Made by a program: the position numbers and the translations under genes. Shown here piece by piece: positions 30,684 to 41,621 of a DNA stretch of 64,000 nt (the stretch's first letter is position 1; each line of letters opens with the position of its first letter). Source of the DNA: a bacterium (GTDB lineage Bacteria; Patescibacteriota; Patescibacteriia; Magasanikbacterales; GWA2-37-8); the NCBI GenBank assembly GCA_043821725.1, contig JBDRCM010000006.1:38287-102286 (forward strand), in the 5' to 3' direction. The notes below the pieces were generated by a model. It was not told the DNA's origin, made no database searches, and worked only from the letters and a program-made list of their open reading frames with translations.

Positions 30684-31603
30684 ACTTTGTCTGTTTGTAA
30701 TTGCTTTTCTTGCTCTTCTTCTTCATTCAATTCCTGATTCAATTCCTGTTTTGGATTCAATTCCGTCTCTGCAATATCTTGTGCCGGCTCAATACTGTCG
30801 CCATTGTTTTCCGTTTCAACAACTGTTGTGCCTGCATTTTCTTCTATTTCTGCTTGTTCTTTACTTTGCATATCATCATTATTAACCTCAACTACATCAA
30901 CCGCATCTGTATTTACGGCGTCATTATTTACGGTGTCATTTACTTCTTCTTTAATTTGCTCATCGCTTTGAACAATTATTTTCAATTGTCCTTCTCCTTT
31001 AATAGTCAATAAGCCACTATTGGCTCCGGGAACCGCTCCTTTTACATAAAGCTCCTGCTCTTGCGGTCTAACTTCAACAACTTCCAAATTTCTTACTGTA
31101 ACTTGATTATTGCCCATGTGGCCACCCATTCGCGTTCCTTTAAATACTCTCTGCGGACCTGTTGCTCCAATGGAGCCGGGCATCCTTAGCTGATCTTTGT
31201 GGCCATGACTGGCAGGTGAGCCGGAAAAACCGTGTCTTTTAACAACTCCTTGAAATCCTTTGCCTTTGGAAACTCCGGTAACTGAAATTTTATCTCCATT
31301 AACAAAGGTTGTAACGTCTATAAAATCGCCTCTTTTCAAATCCTTGGCATCTTCCGCTTTGATTGGAATTTCACGCAAATACTTGAATTTTTTCAGCCCT
31401 TTTAAATGATTGATTTGTGGCTTGTTTAATGTTTTTTCTCTTGTTTCATGGCATCCGAGCTGTATTGACACTTTTTCCTTGTTGCTGTTATTTACCATGG
31501 TTATTTGGCACGGACCACAAAAAATTCGCGTTACCGGCACAACGGTTCCGTCTTCCTTAAACATCTGTGTCATTCCGTTTTTTTTACCTAGGATAAACTT
31601 CAT
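30680..31603 (-). CDS. rplC: 50S ribosomal protein L3 with about 100-aa acidic tail
   Basis: GMTQ, SKGKGFQG..KRH, KGAVPG; ATG at 31603. Confidence 0.97.
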   Translation of the reverse strand: MKFILGKKNGMTQMFKEDGTVVPVTRIFCGPCQITMVNNSNKEKVSIQLGCHETREKTLNKPQINHLKGLKKFKYLREIPIKAEDAKDLKRGDFIDVTTFVNGDKISVTGVSKGKGFQGVVKRHGFSGSPASHGHKDQLRMPGSIGATGPQRVFKGTRMGGHMGNNQVTVRNLEVVEVRPQEQELYVKGAVPGANSGLLTIKGEGQLKIIVQSDEQIKEEVNDTVNNDAVNTDAVDVVEVNNDDMQSKEQAEIEENAGTTVVETENNGDSIEPAQDIAETELNPKQELNQELNEEEEQEKQLQTDKV

Positions 31604-31623
31604 ATTTGAAATTCGCACTATAA

Positions 31624-31677
31624 GGATCTGTCACCAAATACCATTTCTACTGCGAAAGCGCATTTGGCGATAGACCC
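31624..31677 (-). mobile_element. Family A MITE copy 4 (minimal, 54 bp)
   Basis: TIRs; TSD TATAA. Confidence 0.9.
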
Positions 31678-31680
31678 TAT

Positions 31681-31733
31681 AAAACAAAAACTAGGAACAA
31701 TGACGCTATTAACAATAGTGGCGTTGTTCCTAG
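31681..31733 (-). terminator. Terminator-like hairpin inside the rplC leader
   Basis: CTAGGAACAA..CTATT gtt AATAG..TTGTTCCTAG followed by TTTTTGTTTT on minus strand. Confidence 0.7.
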
Positions 31734-31892
31734 CCTTTCTTGTATATTAAGAGCTAATTTGGCTCTAAAGATTGGCTTGTGTGATTATTAATTTGCAATT
31801 TTTTCCTTTGTTTTCAATAAACCTGATAGATGTTTTCCAGCTTGTTGCAGGATCTTATCTACGTGGTATAAAAAAAACTTTTGTTCTGCTAA

Positions 31893-31921
31893 ATTATACG
31901 CGATGGCTATAAAACTGTCAA
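31893..31921 (-). promoter_or_regulatory. sigma70 promoter of the rplC operon
   Basis: Perfect TTGACA-17-TATAAT. Confidence 0.85.
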
Positions 31922-31958
31922 GCCGATGGCTCAATTTAATAGGAAGCGTATTTATCGC

Positions 31959-32321
31959 TTACATTTTTATTTCAATATCAACTCCGGCTGGAATCTGTAA
32001 ACTCATCAAGGCGTCAATGCACTTTGGAGTCGGATTTATAACATCAATCAACCGCTTATGCACACGCATCTCGTACTGCTCGCGAGATGTCTTGTTAATA
32101 AAAGTTGACCGATTGACAGTGAACTTTGTTTTTTCGGTTGGCAATGGAACCGGTCCAACTACTTTTGCATTGTTTCTCAATGCCGTATCAATAATATTTT
32201 TAGCGGCCTGATCAATTATCTTATTGTCATAGGCCCTAATCTTTATCCGTATCCTGTTAATGACATCAGTATTGGTGCTATCCACCTTTTTCTTGATTGT
32301 GCTTTCAGTTGGGTCTGGCAT
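31959..32321 (-). CDS. rpsJ: 30S ribosomal protein S10
   Basis: RIRIKIRAYD, GPVPLPT, SREQYE.RVHKRLID; ATG at 32321. Confidence 0.97.
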   Translation of the reverse strand: MPDPTESTIKKKVDSTNTDVINRIRIKIRAYDNKIIDQAAKNIIDTALRNNAKVVGPVPLPTEKTKFTVNRSTFINKTSREQYEMRVHKRLIDVINPTPKCIDALMSLQIPAGVDIEIKM

Positions 32322-32388
32322 GTTGTAAAAGGAAATATTCAAGAAATGCCAGATCCCCGGATATAATCCGAGGATCTGCACTTGCTTT

Positions 32389-33579
32389 TTACTTAATTAT
32401 TTTTATTACCACTCCTGCGCCAACAGTTCGGCCACCTTCGCGAATGGCAAAATTCATCTTGTCTTCCATAGCTACCGGCGTAATCAACTTTACTTTAATG
32501 TTAACGGTATCACCAGGCATTACCATTTCAGTTCCTTCAGGCAATTCAACCTCACCTGTCACATCAGTAGTTCTGATATAGAACTGTGGCTTGTATCCCT
32601 TGAAAAAAGGCTTGTGCCTGCCACCTTCTTCTTTAGTAAGAACATATACTTCTGCCTCAAATTCTGTGTGTGGAGTAATACTGCCCGGAGCAGCCAAAAC
32701 AACTCCTCTTTCAATTTCATCTTTCTTAATGCCTCGAAGTAAAATCCCCGCATTATCTCCGGCTTGTCCTTCTGAAAGAGATTTGTTAAACATTTCTATG
32801 CCAGTAACAACTGTTTTTGCGTTATTTTTGCCCAAACCAACCATTTCAACTTCATTATTGATCTTTACCATACCGCGCTCAATCCTTCCGGTTACCACTG
32901 TTCCACGGCCTTCAATACTGAATACATCTTCAATCGGCATTAAAAACGGCTTTTCAACATCTCGCTGTGGTTCAGGAATAAATTCATCCAATGCCTTAAG
33001 AAGTTCAAAAATTGGCTTTGAAGCGGCTTCATCAGTTGGATTTTCCAATGCTTTAAGAGCTGACCCGCGAATAATAGGAGTTTTGTCTCCTGGAAATTCA
33101 TATTTATTAAGGAGATCTTTAACTTCTTCTTCAACCAAATCAATCAATTCAGGATCTGAAACTTGGTCAATCTTATTTAGAAATACCACTATATAAGGAA
33201 CACCAACCTGCCTTGCAAGCAAAATATGCTCTCTGGTCTGAGGCATTGGACCATCAGCCGCAGAAACAACAAGAATGGCTCCGTCCATTTGAGCGGCGCC
33301 TGTAATCATGTTCTTCACATAATCAGCATGACCCGGACAGTCAACATGGGCATAGTGACGAGCATCGCTTTCATACTCAACATGAGCTGTGGCAATTGTA
33401 ATACCTCGCTCTTTTTCTTCAGGAGCAGAGTCAATCTCGTCCACGCTTTTGCTTTGAGCAATTTTACCGGCAGCGACTAGTACCTTAAGAATGGCAGCTG
33501 TTAAAGTTGTCTTTCCATGGTCAACATGACCTATGGTACCGACATTAACGTGAGGCTTATTTCTTACGAAGTCAGCCAT
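32389..33579 (-). CDS. tuf: Elongation factor Tu
   Basis: [25 protein letters not shown]. Confidence 0.99.
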   Translation of the reverse strand: MADFVRNKPHVNVGTIGHVDHGKTTLTAAILKVLVAAGKIAQSKSVDEIDSAPEEKERGITIATAHVEYESDARHYAHVDCPGHADYVKNMITGAAQMDGAILVVSAADGPMPQTREHILLARQVGVPYIVVFLNKIDQVSDPELIDLVEEEVKDLLNKYEFPGDKTPIIRGSALKALENPTDEAASKPIFELLKALDEFIPEPQRDVEKPFLMPIEDVFSIEGRGTVVTGRIERGMVKINNEVEMVGLGKNNAKTVVTGIEMFNKSLSEGQAGDNAGILLRGIKKDEIERGVVLAAPGSITPHTEFEAEVYVLTKEEGGRHKPFFKGYKPQFYIRTTDVTGEVELPEGTEMVMPGDTVNIKVKLITPVAMEDKMNFAIREGGRTVGAGVVIKIIK

Positions 33580-33770
33580 ATTAATAAACTTTACTCGGCA
33601 CTGTTTTGAGTGGTCAAAACAGATTTGTTATCCAGCCGATTTACTTTTTATAATAAGTTAATTCCCGAATATATTTCCGGGATTTTATAACGGATAAATT
33701 ATAACAAATTAATCAAAAAAAAGCAAGGGGATAAAGTGTGAATAACTCAACACAGCAAAAAAATGATCAA

Positions 33771-34511
33771 CTATTCAATCGGCTCTAAAAAAAATTGCTC
33801 TTCTTCCTCTTCTTCAGCAATATCATCAAGTGGCTCTTCAACATTAATTTCCTGAAAATCAGGCCGATTATGATCTTTTTCCGGCTCAAAACCGCTATTA
33901 CCCTGCGGTTCAATATATAGGGGATCATCAATTGGCGCATCAGTTGACATTTTATTCGGCAAACCAGAGGCAACTTTTTCATCCTTATTAAAGCCGTCAA
34001 TTGTTTCAGAATCTTGAATTGAAGAAGAATCCTTATCTCTTTCCAGATCTTCAGGCGCGTCAAAATCTTCAACTAAAAAATTTTCATTTCCGGATTTTTC
34101 CATTGATTCGGGAAAAATCTCGTTTTTTACCAAAAAATTGTCTTTTGGCTCGTTTGGCATGTCATAATCTGCCTTACTTGGCATGTCATAACCCATGCTT
34201 AAATCTTCATCGTCGTAATCTTCATCATCAAACCAATAATCATCATAATCATCAAAATCCCCACAATTATCATAAAAATCAAGCGATTGGCTCTCATTTA
34301 GAGCTCTCCATAGAGAAATATCTCTATTTATCCGGTTCATCATTTCATCTTCGGGCATTCCTTTAAGCTGAACATTGGAAGCCAGCATTCGCTCATACTC
34401 ATTAAGATCCATTAAAACAAACACGCTGTCTGATTCAGAATCAGGAACAATTATTTTATCGCCTGTCCTGCGCATTACTTTAATTATCTTTTTAAACTGG
34501 TTGGAATTCAT
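33771..34511 (-). CDS. Hypothetical protein with short folded N-terminus and long acidic tail ending FFLEPIE
   Basis: Long ORF with native AT-rich start; D/E-rich. Confidence 0.75.
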   Translation of the reverse strand: MNSNQFKKIIKVMRRTGDKIIVPDSESDSVFVLMDLNEYERMLASNVQLKGMPEDEMMNRINRDISLWRALNESQSLDFYDNCGDFDDYDDYWFDDEDYDDEDLSMGYDMPSKADYDMPNEPKDNFLVKNEIFPESMEKSGNENFLVEDFDAPEDLERDKDSSSIQDSETIDGFNKDEKVASGLPNKMSTDAPIDDPLYIEPQGNSGFEPEKDHNRPDFQEINVEEPLDDIAEEEEEEQFFLEPIE

Positions 34512-34694
34512 AATTAATAATGTTATTTGTGGATTTTACCATTGTTGCATAAAAAGTCAAATGGCGATGTTGAAAAATGCAGATAAAAAAACAGACCCTA
34601 AATATATAACATCTCATTGACTTTTATTTATTTGTGTTCTAAAATATGGCTCATATAATATTGAGCCGTTGGCTCAAATAATAATTTTTCCTGT

Positions 34695-36164
34695 ATGAAC
34701 AAAGTTGAATGGGTGTCGGCCAAAATAAAAAAATCAGCCGACTCAATAAACAACAAACGCGTGTTGTTTTTTCTTTTGCTACTTGGAGCAGTTATCGCGC
34801 CAACAGTATTGGCCGGGGAAAGTAATTCGGAAGTCGCTCAAAGCGCCGGACATGGTTCAGAGACCGCAGTCACGTTCTTATGGATTGCTGTTATTTTAAT
34901 AGCTGCAAAAATTTCATCACTTATTGAAAAAATCGGCCAGCCATCTGTGCTTGGAGAACTGGTGATCGGTGTGATTTTGGGAAATCTGGCATTGCTCGGC
35001 ATTGGATTGTTTGACCCAATAAAAACAAACCACATCATAGAATTTTTAGCCGAACTCGGAGTAGTCATTTTACTTTTTCAAATAGGGCTTGAATCCAACA
35101 TAAGGGAAATGAAAAAAGTGGGTTTAAAAGCCGGGCTGGTTGCGATAGTCGGAGTTGTTGCCCCGTTTGTGCTCGGAACATATGTTGTTGGACCATGGCT
35201 TCTTCCTGGGCTTGGCTTTAATGCTTATCTTTTTTTGGGAGCCACTCTGACAGCCACTTCAGTGGGTATTACCGCGCGCGTATTTAAAGATCTTAATAAA
35301 TTACAAACAAAAGAAGCTCAAATAGTGCTTGGAGCGGCTGTGATTGATGATGTGCTGGGTTTGATTATTCTAGCCGTTGTATCTGCGATTGTAACAGTCG
35401 GTTCAGTGGGCATTGGAGTAATTACATGGATAACGGCCAAAGCCGTTCTATTTCTGATTGGCTCAATTATAATCGGTCAAATTCTTGCTCCAATTTTGAG
35501 CAAATTCTTTGCAAAAATCCATACGGGAGTGGCTATGAAATTTACTTTGGCAGTATGTTTCGGCCTAGTATTTGCTTATCTGGCGCAAGTAATAGGCCTT
35601 GCCCCAATAGTTGGGGCATTTGCAGCCGGTCTTATTCTTGATCCTGTTCATTTTAGATATTTTAAAGATCCAAAAGTGGTGCGTGATGTTAAAAAATCCA
35701 TTGAAGGGATTGAATGTAGCGATAACATCAGAGAAAAAATTGGAAAGGCAATTGAACCGCACGCGCACAGGCATATTGAAGATCTGATTGAGCCACTTGG
35801 CAACTTCTTAATTCCAATATTCTTTGTAATGACTGGCATGACAGTTAAAATTGAAACAATGTTTGATTTCAAAGTTTTGGGTTTGGCAATTGGAATTACA
35901 ATAGTCGCATTTTTCGGCAAAATTATTGCAGGATTTGTTGCGGGAAAAGGCGTGAACAAAACAATTATCGGATTTGGCATGGTACCGAGAGGAGAAGTTG
36001 GTTTGATTTTCGCAGTAATCGGCAAATCACTTGGAGTTGTAACAGATGAAATATTTTCCATTATAGTCATCATGGTAATCCTAACAACGCTTCTTACTCC
36101 TCCTATTCTGACTTACTTGCTTAAAAAGCAGGATAAAAACGTAAGTAAAACGGAACAAGTTTAA
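34695..36164 (+). CDS. Cation:proton antiporter (CPA2/NapA-like)
   Basis: ATSVGIT, GAAVIDD, PRGEVGL; many TM helices. Confidence 0.93.
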   Translation: MNKVEWVSAKIKKSADSINNKRVLFFLLLLGAVIAPTVLAGESNSEVAQSAGHGSETAVTFLWIAVILIAAKISSLIEKIGQPSVLGELVIGVILGNLALLGIGLFDPIKTNHIIEFLAELGVVILLFQIGLESNIREMKKVGLKAGLVAIVGVVAPFVLGTYVVGPWLLPGLGFNAYLFLGATLTATSVGITARVFKDLNKLQTKEAQIVLGAAVIDDVLGLIILAVVSAIVTVGSVGIGVITWITAKAVLFLIGSIIIGQILAPILSKFFAKIHTGVAMKFTLAVCFGLVFAYLAQVIGLAPIVGAFAAGLILDPVHFRYFKDPKVVRDVKKSIEGIECSDNIREKIGKAIEPHAHRHIEDLIEPLGNFLIPIFFVMTGMTVKIETMFDFKVLGLAIGITIVAFFGKIIAGFVAGKGVNKTIIGFGMVPRGEVGLIFAVIGKSLGVVTDEIFSIIVIMVILTTLLTPPILTYLLKKQDKNVSKTEQV

Positions 36165-36186
36165 GTGAAAATATTCTTAACATACC

Positions 36187-36218
36187 AAAAAAGCCCTGCA
36201 ATCGCGCGGGGCTTTTTT
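36187..36218 (+). terminator. Intrinsic terminator
   Basis: AAAAAAGCCC..GGGCTTTTTT. Confidence 0.8.
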
Positions 36219-36325
36219 GTTTTAAGTAAATTTTAATTCCTGCCGTGCCTTGCTTTAATATTTCATTATATGTGATATAATATAATTAGAGAGGCATATT
36301 TTTAATACACATAATATTTCACGAT

Positions 36326-38929
36326 ATGAAATTACAAAAATTAAAATATCTGGCAAAAATTTTAATCCCCTGTGTGATGCTATGGTGTGCAAGCATAAGC
36401 GCCCTCCCCATACAAACAGCACAAGCAAAACAAACTTACGGCAGTCCTGTAGCATGCACTTTGTTAAAAGCCGGCGATAATGTAAAAGTGAACGAACTGA
36501 ACAAGCCGGCAATATGGAATATTGGTGAGGATGGATTGTTAAGGCCATACCCGGACGGCAACATTTTCAAAAGCTGGTTTAGCAATGAAAAATATTCAGG
36601 CCATTACAAACTTATTACGGAAAGTTGTATAAACACATACAACACAGCCACAAACTTTCCAATTTATGTTAATTTTAGGCCTGCTTCATATGTCATAAAA
36701 AGAATGTATTATGACCAGCTTTATGTTGTTCTTCCAAATAATACAAAAGCGCCCATAACATGGCAGGCCGCTGAAGCACTTTATGGGAAAAAATTCAAAG
36801 TAATGGAAGTTAAATTGTATTTATGGGACAACTATTATAATGATTCCTCTGAAATATCTGGCTCTGACCCCATGCCTCATGCCGGAAGCATAGTAAAAAA
36901 AGACAATAAAAAATATTATGTAAATGAAAATGGCACGCTTAGTGAAATAAATACCAATGCCTTTATACAAAATGAATTTAAAGAGCAATTCGCGCGCCAG
37001 CTGTCCAACACATACTCTTCTTCTGTATCATTCGGAACTTCAATCTCAAATAAAATTGAAACTATTGTAAGTAAAACGCAAAACAAAAATATAACAACCA
37101 ATCCTGTCTCTTCCAATTCATCCTCAGGAGCAACTTCATCCAATTCAACAAGCTCGGGAAGCTCTGCATCTTCAGGAACAGGAACAAACGCTCCTTCAAC
37201 AAACACCGGCTCAACAAGCAGTGGCTCTTCAAGCACAGGGTCATCTTCAAGCAACACCAATTCAACCGGCAGTAGCACTACCGGCAGTGGCACTTCAACA
37301 GGAAGTTCAACCAACACAACCGGAAGCCAAACAACATCAACCAACATTTCAACTGGAACCGGTTCAACTGGAACGGGAACGGGCTCATCCTCAACAGGAT
37401 CATCAAGTTCAGGAAGTGGAACCACATATTATGTGCGCACAGATGGAGGTAGTGCCAGTCAATGCAATGGACTTTCCAACTCCGCATACCCGGGCACAGG
37501 CACCAACCAAAACTGCGCTTGGAAGCATCCGTTTGTAGCGCTTCCACCGGAAGGCACAGCGCGAATTTCAGGCGGGGATACTTTAATGATAGCAAACGGA
37601 TCTTACAAAATGGGATATGGAGCGTCTGTCGGAGCTGAAAACTGCAGTGAATACTGGCCATGGGACTGCCACATGCCCGCTATACCTTCAGGCACAAGTT
37701 CTGCAAATAAAACCAGAATACTTGGAGAATCATGGGATAGCGGATGCTCTACAAAACCACAGCTTTACGGCGCTGAAAGGTCATATATGATTTTTGACTT
37801 GCGAGGCACTAATAATATTGAAATGCAGTGTTTGGAAATAACAGACAGGTCAGCTTGCGTTGAATTCCACAGCGGAGGCAACGCGTGCAATAGAGACAAC
37901 TACCCGTATGGCAATTGGGCATCAGTCGGGATATGGGCTGAAGATTCATCAAACGGTCTTTTGAAAAATATTGATGTGCACGGACTTGCAGGCCGTGGAT
38001 TGATGGCAGGCCGACTGACCGACTGGACAATTGAAGACACAAAAATTCAAGGAAACGGATGGGCCGGCTGGGACGGAGATATTGACGGCAGTGATTCCAA
38101 CAGCGGAACGATTACTCTAACGCGCGTTAATATTGATTGGAATGGATGCGGAGAAACATACCCAGGAAGACTGCCAACCGGTTGTTGGGGACAAAGCGCC
38201 GGAGGATATGGCGACGGACTAGGAACAGGCGAAACAGGAGGAAATTGGATAATACAGGATTCAACATTTTTGCATAATACTTCAGACGGACTTGATCTGT
38301 TGTACCACAGAAGCGGAGGTACAATTACCATCAACAGAGTTCATGCCGAGGGCAATGCAGGCAATCAAGTAAAAACAACAGGAAACGCTCAAATCACTGA
38401 CAGCGTGATAGTTGGCAATTGCGCGTATTTTGAAGGCAAATCATTCACGCACAATGTTGATGCCTGCAGAGCGCTTGGTAATGCTGTATCATTAAATCTT
38501 ACAGGCGCAACCACTCCGGCATTATTCTATAACAATTCCGTTTACAGCCAAGGAGACGGGCTTTTGCTTGTTGATGGAGGAGGAACAATTAAAGCGCGCA
38601 ACAATATTTTTTACGCGGGAGTTGATTACTGGCAAAATTATGAAAATTCATTTTACTTCTATACTGAAAGCAACACTACACTGGATGGCGACTATAATCT
38701 GGTATATAACGCCAAGGACAACAGCAATTACTGCGCCACAGGTTCTCATAATTTATGCACCTCAAATCCTCAATTTAATTCAACATCTGCAAACAGTTTT
38801 AATTTAAGATTGAACGCGACAAGCCCGGCCATTGATGCGGGCACGACAGCTATCACAACAATTGATTTTACAGGCGCAAGCAGGACAAAAGGAAGTTCAC
38901 CTGATATGGGAGCTTATGAAATTAATTAA
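36326..38929 (+). CDS. Secreted right-handed beta-helix protein with S/T/G linker and C-terminal SPAIDAG..DMGAYE domain (paralog 1)
   Basis: Signal peptide; parallel beta-helix-like repeats; choice-of-anchor Q-like end. Confidence 0.8.
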   Translation: MKLQKLKYLAKILIPCVMLWCASISALPIQTAQAKQTYGSPVACTLLKAGDNVKVNELNKPAIWNIGEDGLLRPYPDGNIFKSWFSNEKYSGHYKLITESCINTYNTATNFPIYVNFRPASYVIKRMYYDQLYVVLPNNTKAPITWQAAEALYGKKFKVMEVKLYLWDNYYNDSSEISGSDPMPHAGSIVKKDNKKYYVNENGTLSEINTNAFIQNEFKEQFARQLSNTYSSSVSFGTSISNKIETIVSKTQNKNITTNPVSSNSSSGATSSNSTSSGSSASSGTGTNAPSTNTGSTSSGSSSTGSSSSNTNSTGSSTTGSGTSTGSSTNTTGSQTTSTNISTGTGSTGTGTGSSSTGSSSSGSGTTYYVRTDGGSASQCNGLSNSAYPGTGTNQNCAWKHPFVALPPEGTARISGGDTLMIANGSYKMGYGASVGAENCSEYWPWDCHMPAIPSGTSSANKTRILGESWDSGCSTKPQLYGAERSYMIFDLRGTNNIEMQCLEITDRSACVEFHSGGNACNRDNYPYGNWASVGIWAEDSSNGLLKNIDVHGLAGRGLMAGRLTDWTIEDTKIQGNGWAGWDGDIDGSDSNSGTITLTRVNIDWNGCGETYPGRLPTGCWGQSAGGYGDGLGTGETGGNWIIQDSTFLHNTSDGLDLLYHRSGGTITINRVHAEGNAGNQVKTTGNAQITDSVIVGNCAYFEGKSFTHNVDACRALGNAVSLNLTGATTPALFYNNSVYSQGDGLLLVDGGGTIKARNNIFYAGVDYWQNYENSFYFYTESNTTLDGDYNLVYNAKDNSNYCATGSHNLCTSNPQFNSTSANSFNLRLNATSPAIDAGTTAITTIDFTGASRTKGSSPDMGAYEIN

Positions 38930-38963
38930 CTACTACTAATACTAAATAATTATCATTAATTAC

Positions 38964-41564
38964 ATGACCCCAACAATCAAAAAAATAACTTTTTTAAGTT
39001 CGCTTGTGATGGTTTTAATTACAGCGCTTATACTTGCAAAATATCTTCCGGCAAGTCCGGCTATTTCAGCGGACAGTTCTTGCCCCGCTCTCAATCTGGG
39101 TGACTTAATAAAAGTAAACGGTGACAGCAAAACAGTATATACTCTCAATCCCAACAACGAACTAGTGTACTTTCCAAATATAAATGTATTAAGAACTTGG
39201 GAATATAGCCCGACAAATTATGTAACAATAGGCGCGGACTGCTTGGAATCGTTTCCCGTGCCAACCGGCCAATCAGCAGTTATACAACGCGCAGGTACAT
39301 ATATTGTCAAACGCCAATACGGCAATGAACTTCGCGCTGTTCTTCCAGGCGGAATTCTATCAACAATAACACCTGAAGCGGCGCGCGTTCTTTATGGAAA
39401 CAAAAAAGGTGAATATGTTGTGCTTGCAATCAATCACTATATATGGCCAAACTACCTAACCACCGGACAACCAATCAACGCGCTGGAAGAAAGTGATGTG
39501 CGGTTGCATCCGGGAATGTTGGCTTATGTAAAAGGAAGATCATATTATGTTGATACAAGCAATGTATTGCATGAAATAACTGCTGAAGGGATAAGAGCTA
39601 ATAACTTTCAAACTCGTTTTAGACGCGGATTTTTAGAAAATGTCATAAAAGATATGACAATGGGCAGTAAAATAAACAGAGCCCTTCCTCATTTGCTTGA
39701 TATGACCCAGCGCACAACTGAAAATTATGATCTAACTCCGCCAATGCCAACTCTAACGGGAGCGGCATCAACAAATACAGTACGCGTAAACTGGAAGGCT
39801 TACGCCGGATCCGGCTTTAAAAAATATTATATTGTCAGATCTGAAACAAACACAAATCCAAAATATCCGACTGACGCTGTAATTTCCTCATCAACGCGCA
39901 TTAACTTTATTAATTATACTGACTTGAATCTGCCTGATGACTTCACATACCATTACAACTTATGCGTTGAGCAAGCAAGCAATGTTATTGTGTGCTCAGA
40001 ACCAATTACAGTTTCTCAAAGTCCTATAATACCGCCACCAACAACAAATGGAACGGTTTACTATATCCGAACGGATGGTGGTAATGCCAGCCAATGTGAT
40101 GGTTTGGAAAACACTGCATACCCGGGCACAGGCACCAACCAAAACTGCGCTTGGAAGCATCCGTTTGTAGCGCTTCCACCGGAAGGCACAGCGCGAATTT
40201 CAGGCGGGGATACTTTAATGATAGCAAACGGATCTTACAAAATGGGATATGGCGCCTCTGCAGGAGATGAAGGATGTGCAAGCGCATATTCTTATGACTG
40301 CATTATGGCTCCAATACCGTCCGGACCTGATGCCAGCCACAAGACCCTTATTCTTGGAGAAAACTGGAACACAGGATGTTCAAGCAAGCCACAGCTTTGG
40401 GGTTCAGGCAGGCCTTGGGCAATTCTTGATATGAATAATAAAAGCAACATTGAATTGCAGTGTTTGGAAATAACAGACAGGTCATCTTGCGTTGAATTCC
40501 ACAGCGGAGGTAACTCATGCAATAGAGACAGCGCGCCTTTTGGCGACTGGGCATCAACCGGATTGCGCGCTTCCGGTTCAAGCAATGTGCTGTTAAAGAA
40601 TTTGGATATTCATGGACTGGCGCACACAGGGATTTATGCCGGCCGACTAACCAACTGGACAATTGAAGATACAAAAATTCAAGGCAATGGCTGGGTTGGA
40701 TGGGACGGAGATGTTGACGGCAATGATTCAAACAGCGGAACAACCACTTTCAAACGCGTTAATATTGATTGGAATGGATGCGGAGAAACATACCCGGGAA
40801 GACTGCCAACCGGTTGCTGGGGACAAAGCGCCGGCGGATATGGAGACGGACTTGGAACAGGAGCCACAGCAGGCAACTGGCTAATTGAGGACTCAACATT
40901 TTTGCACAATACTTCTGATGGGCTTGATCTGCTATACCACAGAGGCGGAGGCAAAATTACCATCAGGCGCGTCCATGCTGAAGGCAATGCAGGCAACCAA
41001 ATTAAAACAAATGGCAATGCTGAAATAACAGACAGCGTAATAGTTGGCAATTGCGGATATTTTCAAGGAAAATCATTTACCCATAATGTTGATGCTTGCA
41101 GGGCGCTTGGAAATGCCATGTCAGTAAATATGGAGGGATCTACCAGCCCAATACTAATCTACAACAATTCAATTTACAGTGAAGGCGATTGCGCCTTAAT
41201 AAGCGAAGGCGGATCAAACACAATTACATCAAGAAATAATATATATTATGCGGGCACTGATTATTGGCAACCGTTTGAAAAATCCTGCTTATTCTATACC
41301 GGCGCTAACGCAAGATTTGATACTGACTATGATATTGCGTTTCAAACCAAAGACAGCAATAATTATTGTGCACTAGGAAGCCATAATCTTTGCAATACAG
41401 ATCCAAAATTCGCTTCAATTGAGCCAACATCATTTGATTTGCGCTTAAAGGATTCCAGCCCAGGAATCAATAGAGGAACAACGCCTATCACAACAATTGA
41501 TTTTATGGGCGACAACAGGACAAAAGGAAGTACAACTGACATTGGCGCGTATGAAATGAAATAG
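38964..41564 (+). CDS. Secreted right-handed beta-helix protein with FN3-like middle domain (paralog 2)
   Basis: C-terminal ~500 aa collinear with paralog 1; related N-terminal domain. Confidence 0.8.
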   Translation: MTPTIKKITFLSSLVMVLITALILAKYLPASPAISADSSCPALNLGDLIKVNGDSKTVYTLNPNNELVYFPNINVLRTWEYSPTNYVTIGADCLESFPVPTGQSAVIQRAGTYIVKRQYGNELRAVLPGGILSTITPEAARVLYGNKKGEYVVLAINHYIWPNYLTTGQPINALEESDVRLHPGMLAYVKGRSYYVDTSNVLHEITAEGIRANNFQTRFRRGFLENVIKDMTMGSKINRALPHLLDMTQRTTENYDLTPPMPTLTGAASTNTVRVNWKAYAGSGFKKYYIVRSETNTNPKYPTDAVISSSTRINFINYTDLNLPDDFTYHYNLCVEQASNVIVCSEPITVSQSPIIPPPTTNGTVYYIRTDGGNASQCDGLENTAYPGTGTNQNCAWKHPFVALPPEGTARISGGDTLMIANGSYKMGYGASAGDEGCASAYSYDCIMAPIPSGPDASHKTLILGENWNTGCSSKPQLWGSGRPWAILDMNNKSNIELQCLEITDRSSCVEFHSGGNSCNRDSAPFGDWASTGLRASGSSNVLLKNLDIHGLAHTGIYAGRLTNWTIEDTKIQGNGWVGWDGDVDGNDSNSGTTTFKRVNIDWNGCGETYPGRLPTGCWGQSAGGYGDGLGTGATAGNWLIEDSTFLHNTSDGLDLLYHRGGGKITIRRVHAEGNAGNQIKTNGNAEITDSVIVGNCGYFQGKSFTHNVDACRALGNAMSVNMEGSTSPILIYNNSIYSEGDCALISEGGSNTITSRNNIYYAGTDYWQPFEKSCLFYTGANARFDTDYDIAFQTKDSNNYCALGSHNLCNTDPKFASIEPTSFDLRLKDSSPGINRGTTPITTIDFMGDNRTKGSTTDIGAYEMK

Positions 41565-41621
41565 CAAATCGCGCATAATTTGCGCAACTTTGACGCAAGA
41601 AAAGCGCGAAAAAAAATAATT

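Noticed and set aside
37484-40252. Duplicated segment as a DGR template/variable repeat pair
   Set aside because: The block is fully identical, both copies are coding and mid-gene, flanking differences are not adenine-specific, and no reverse transcriptase is in the window
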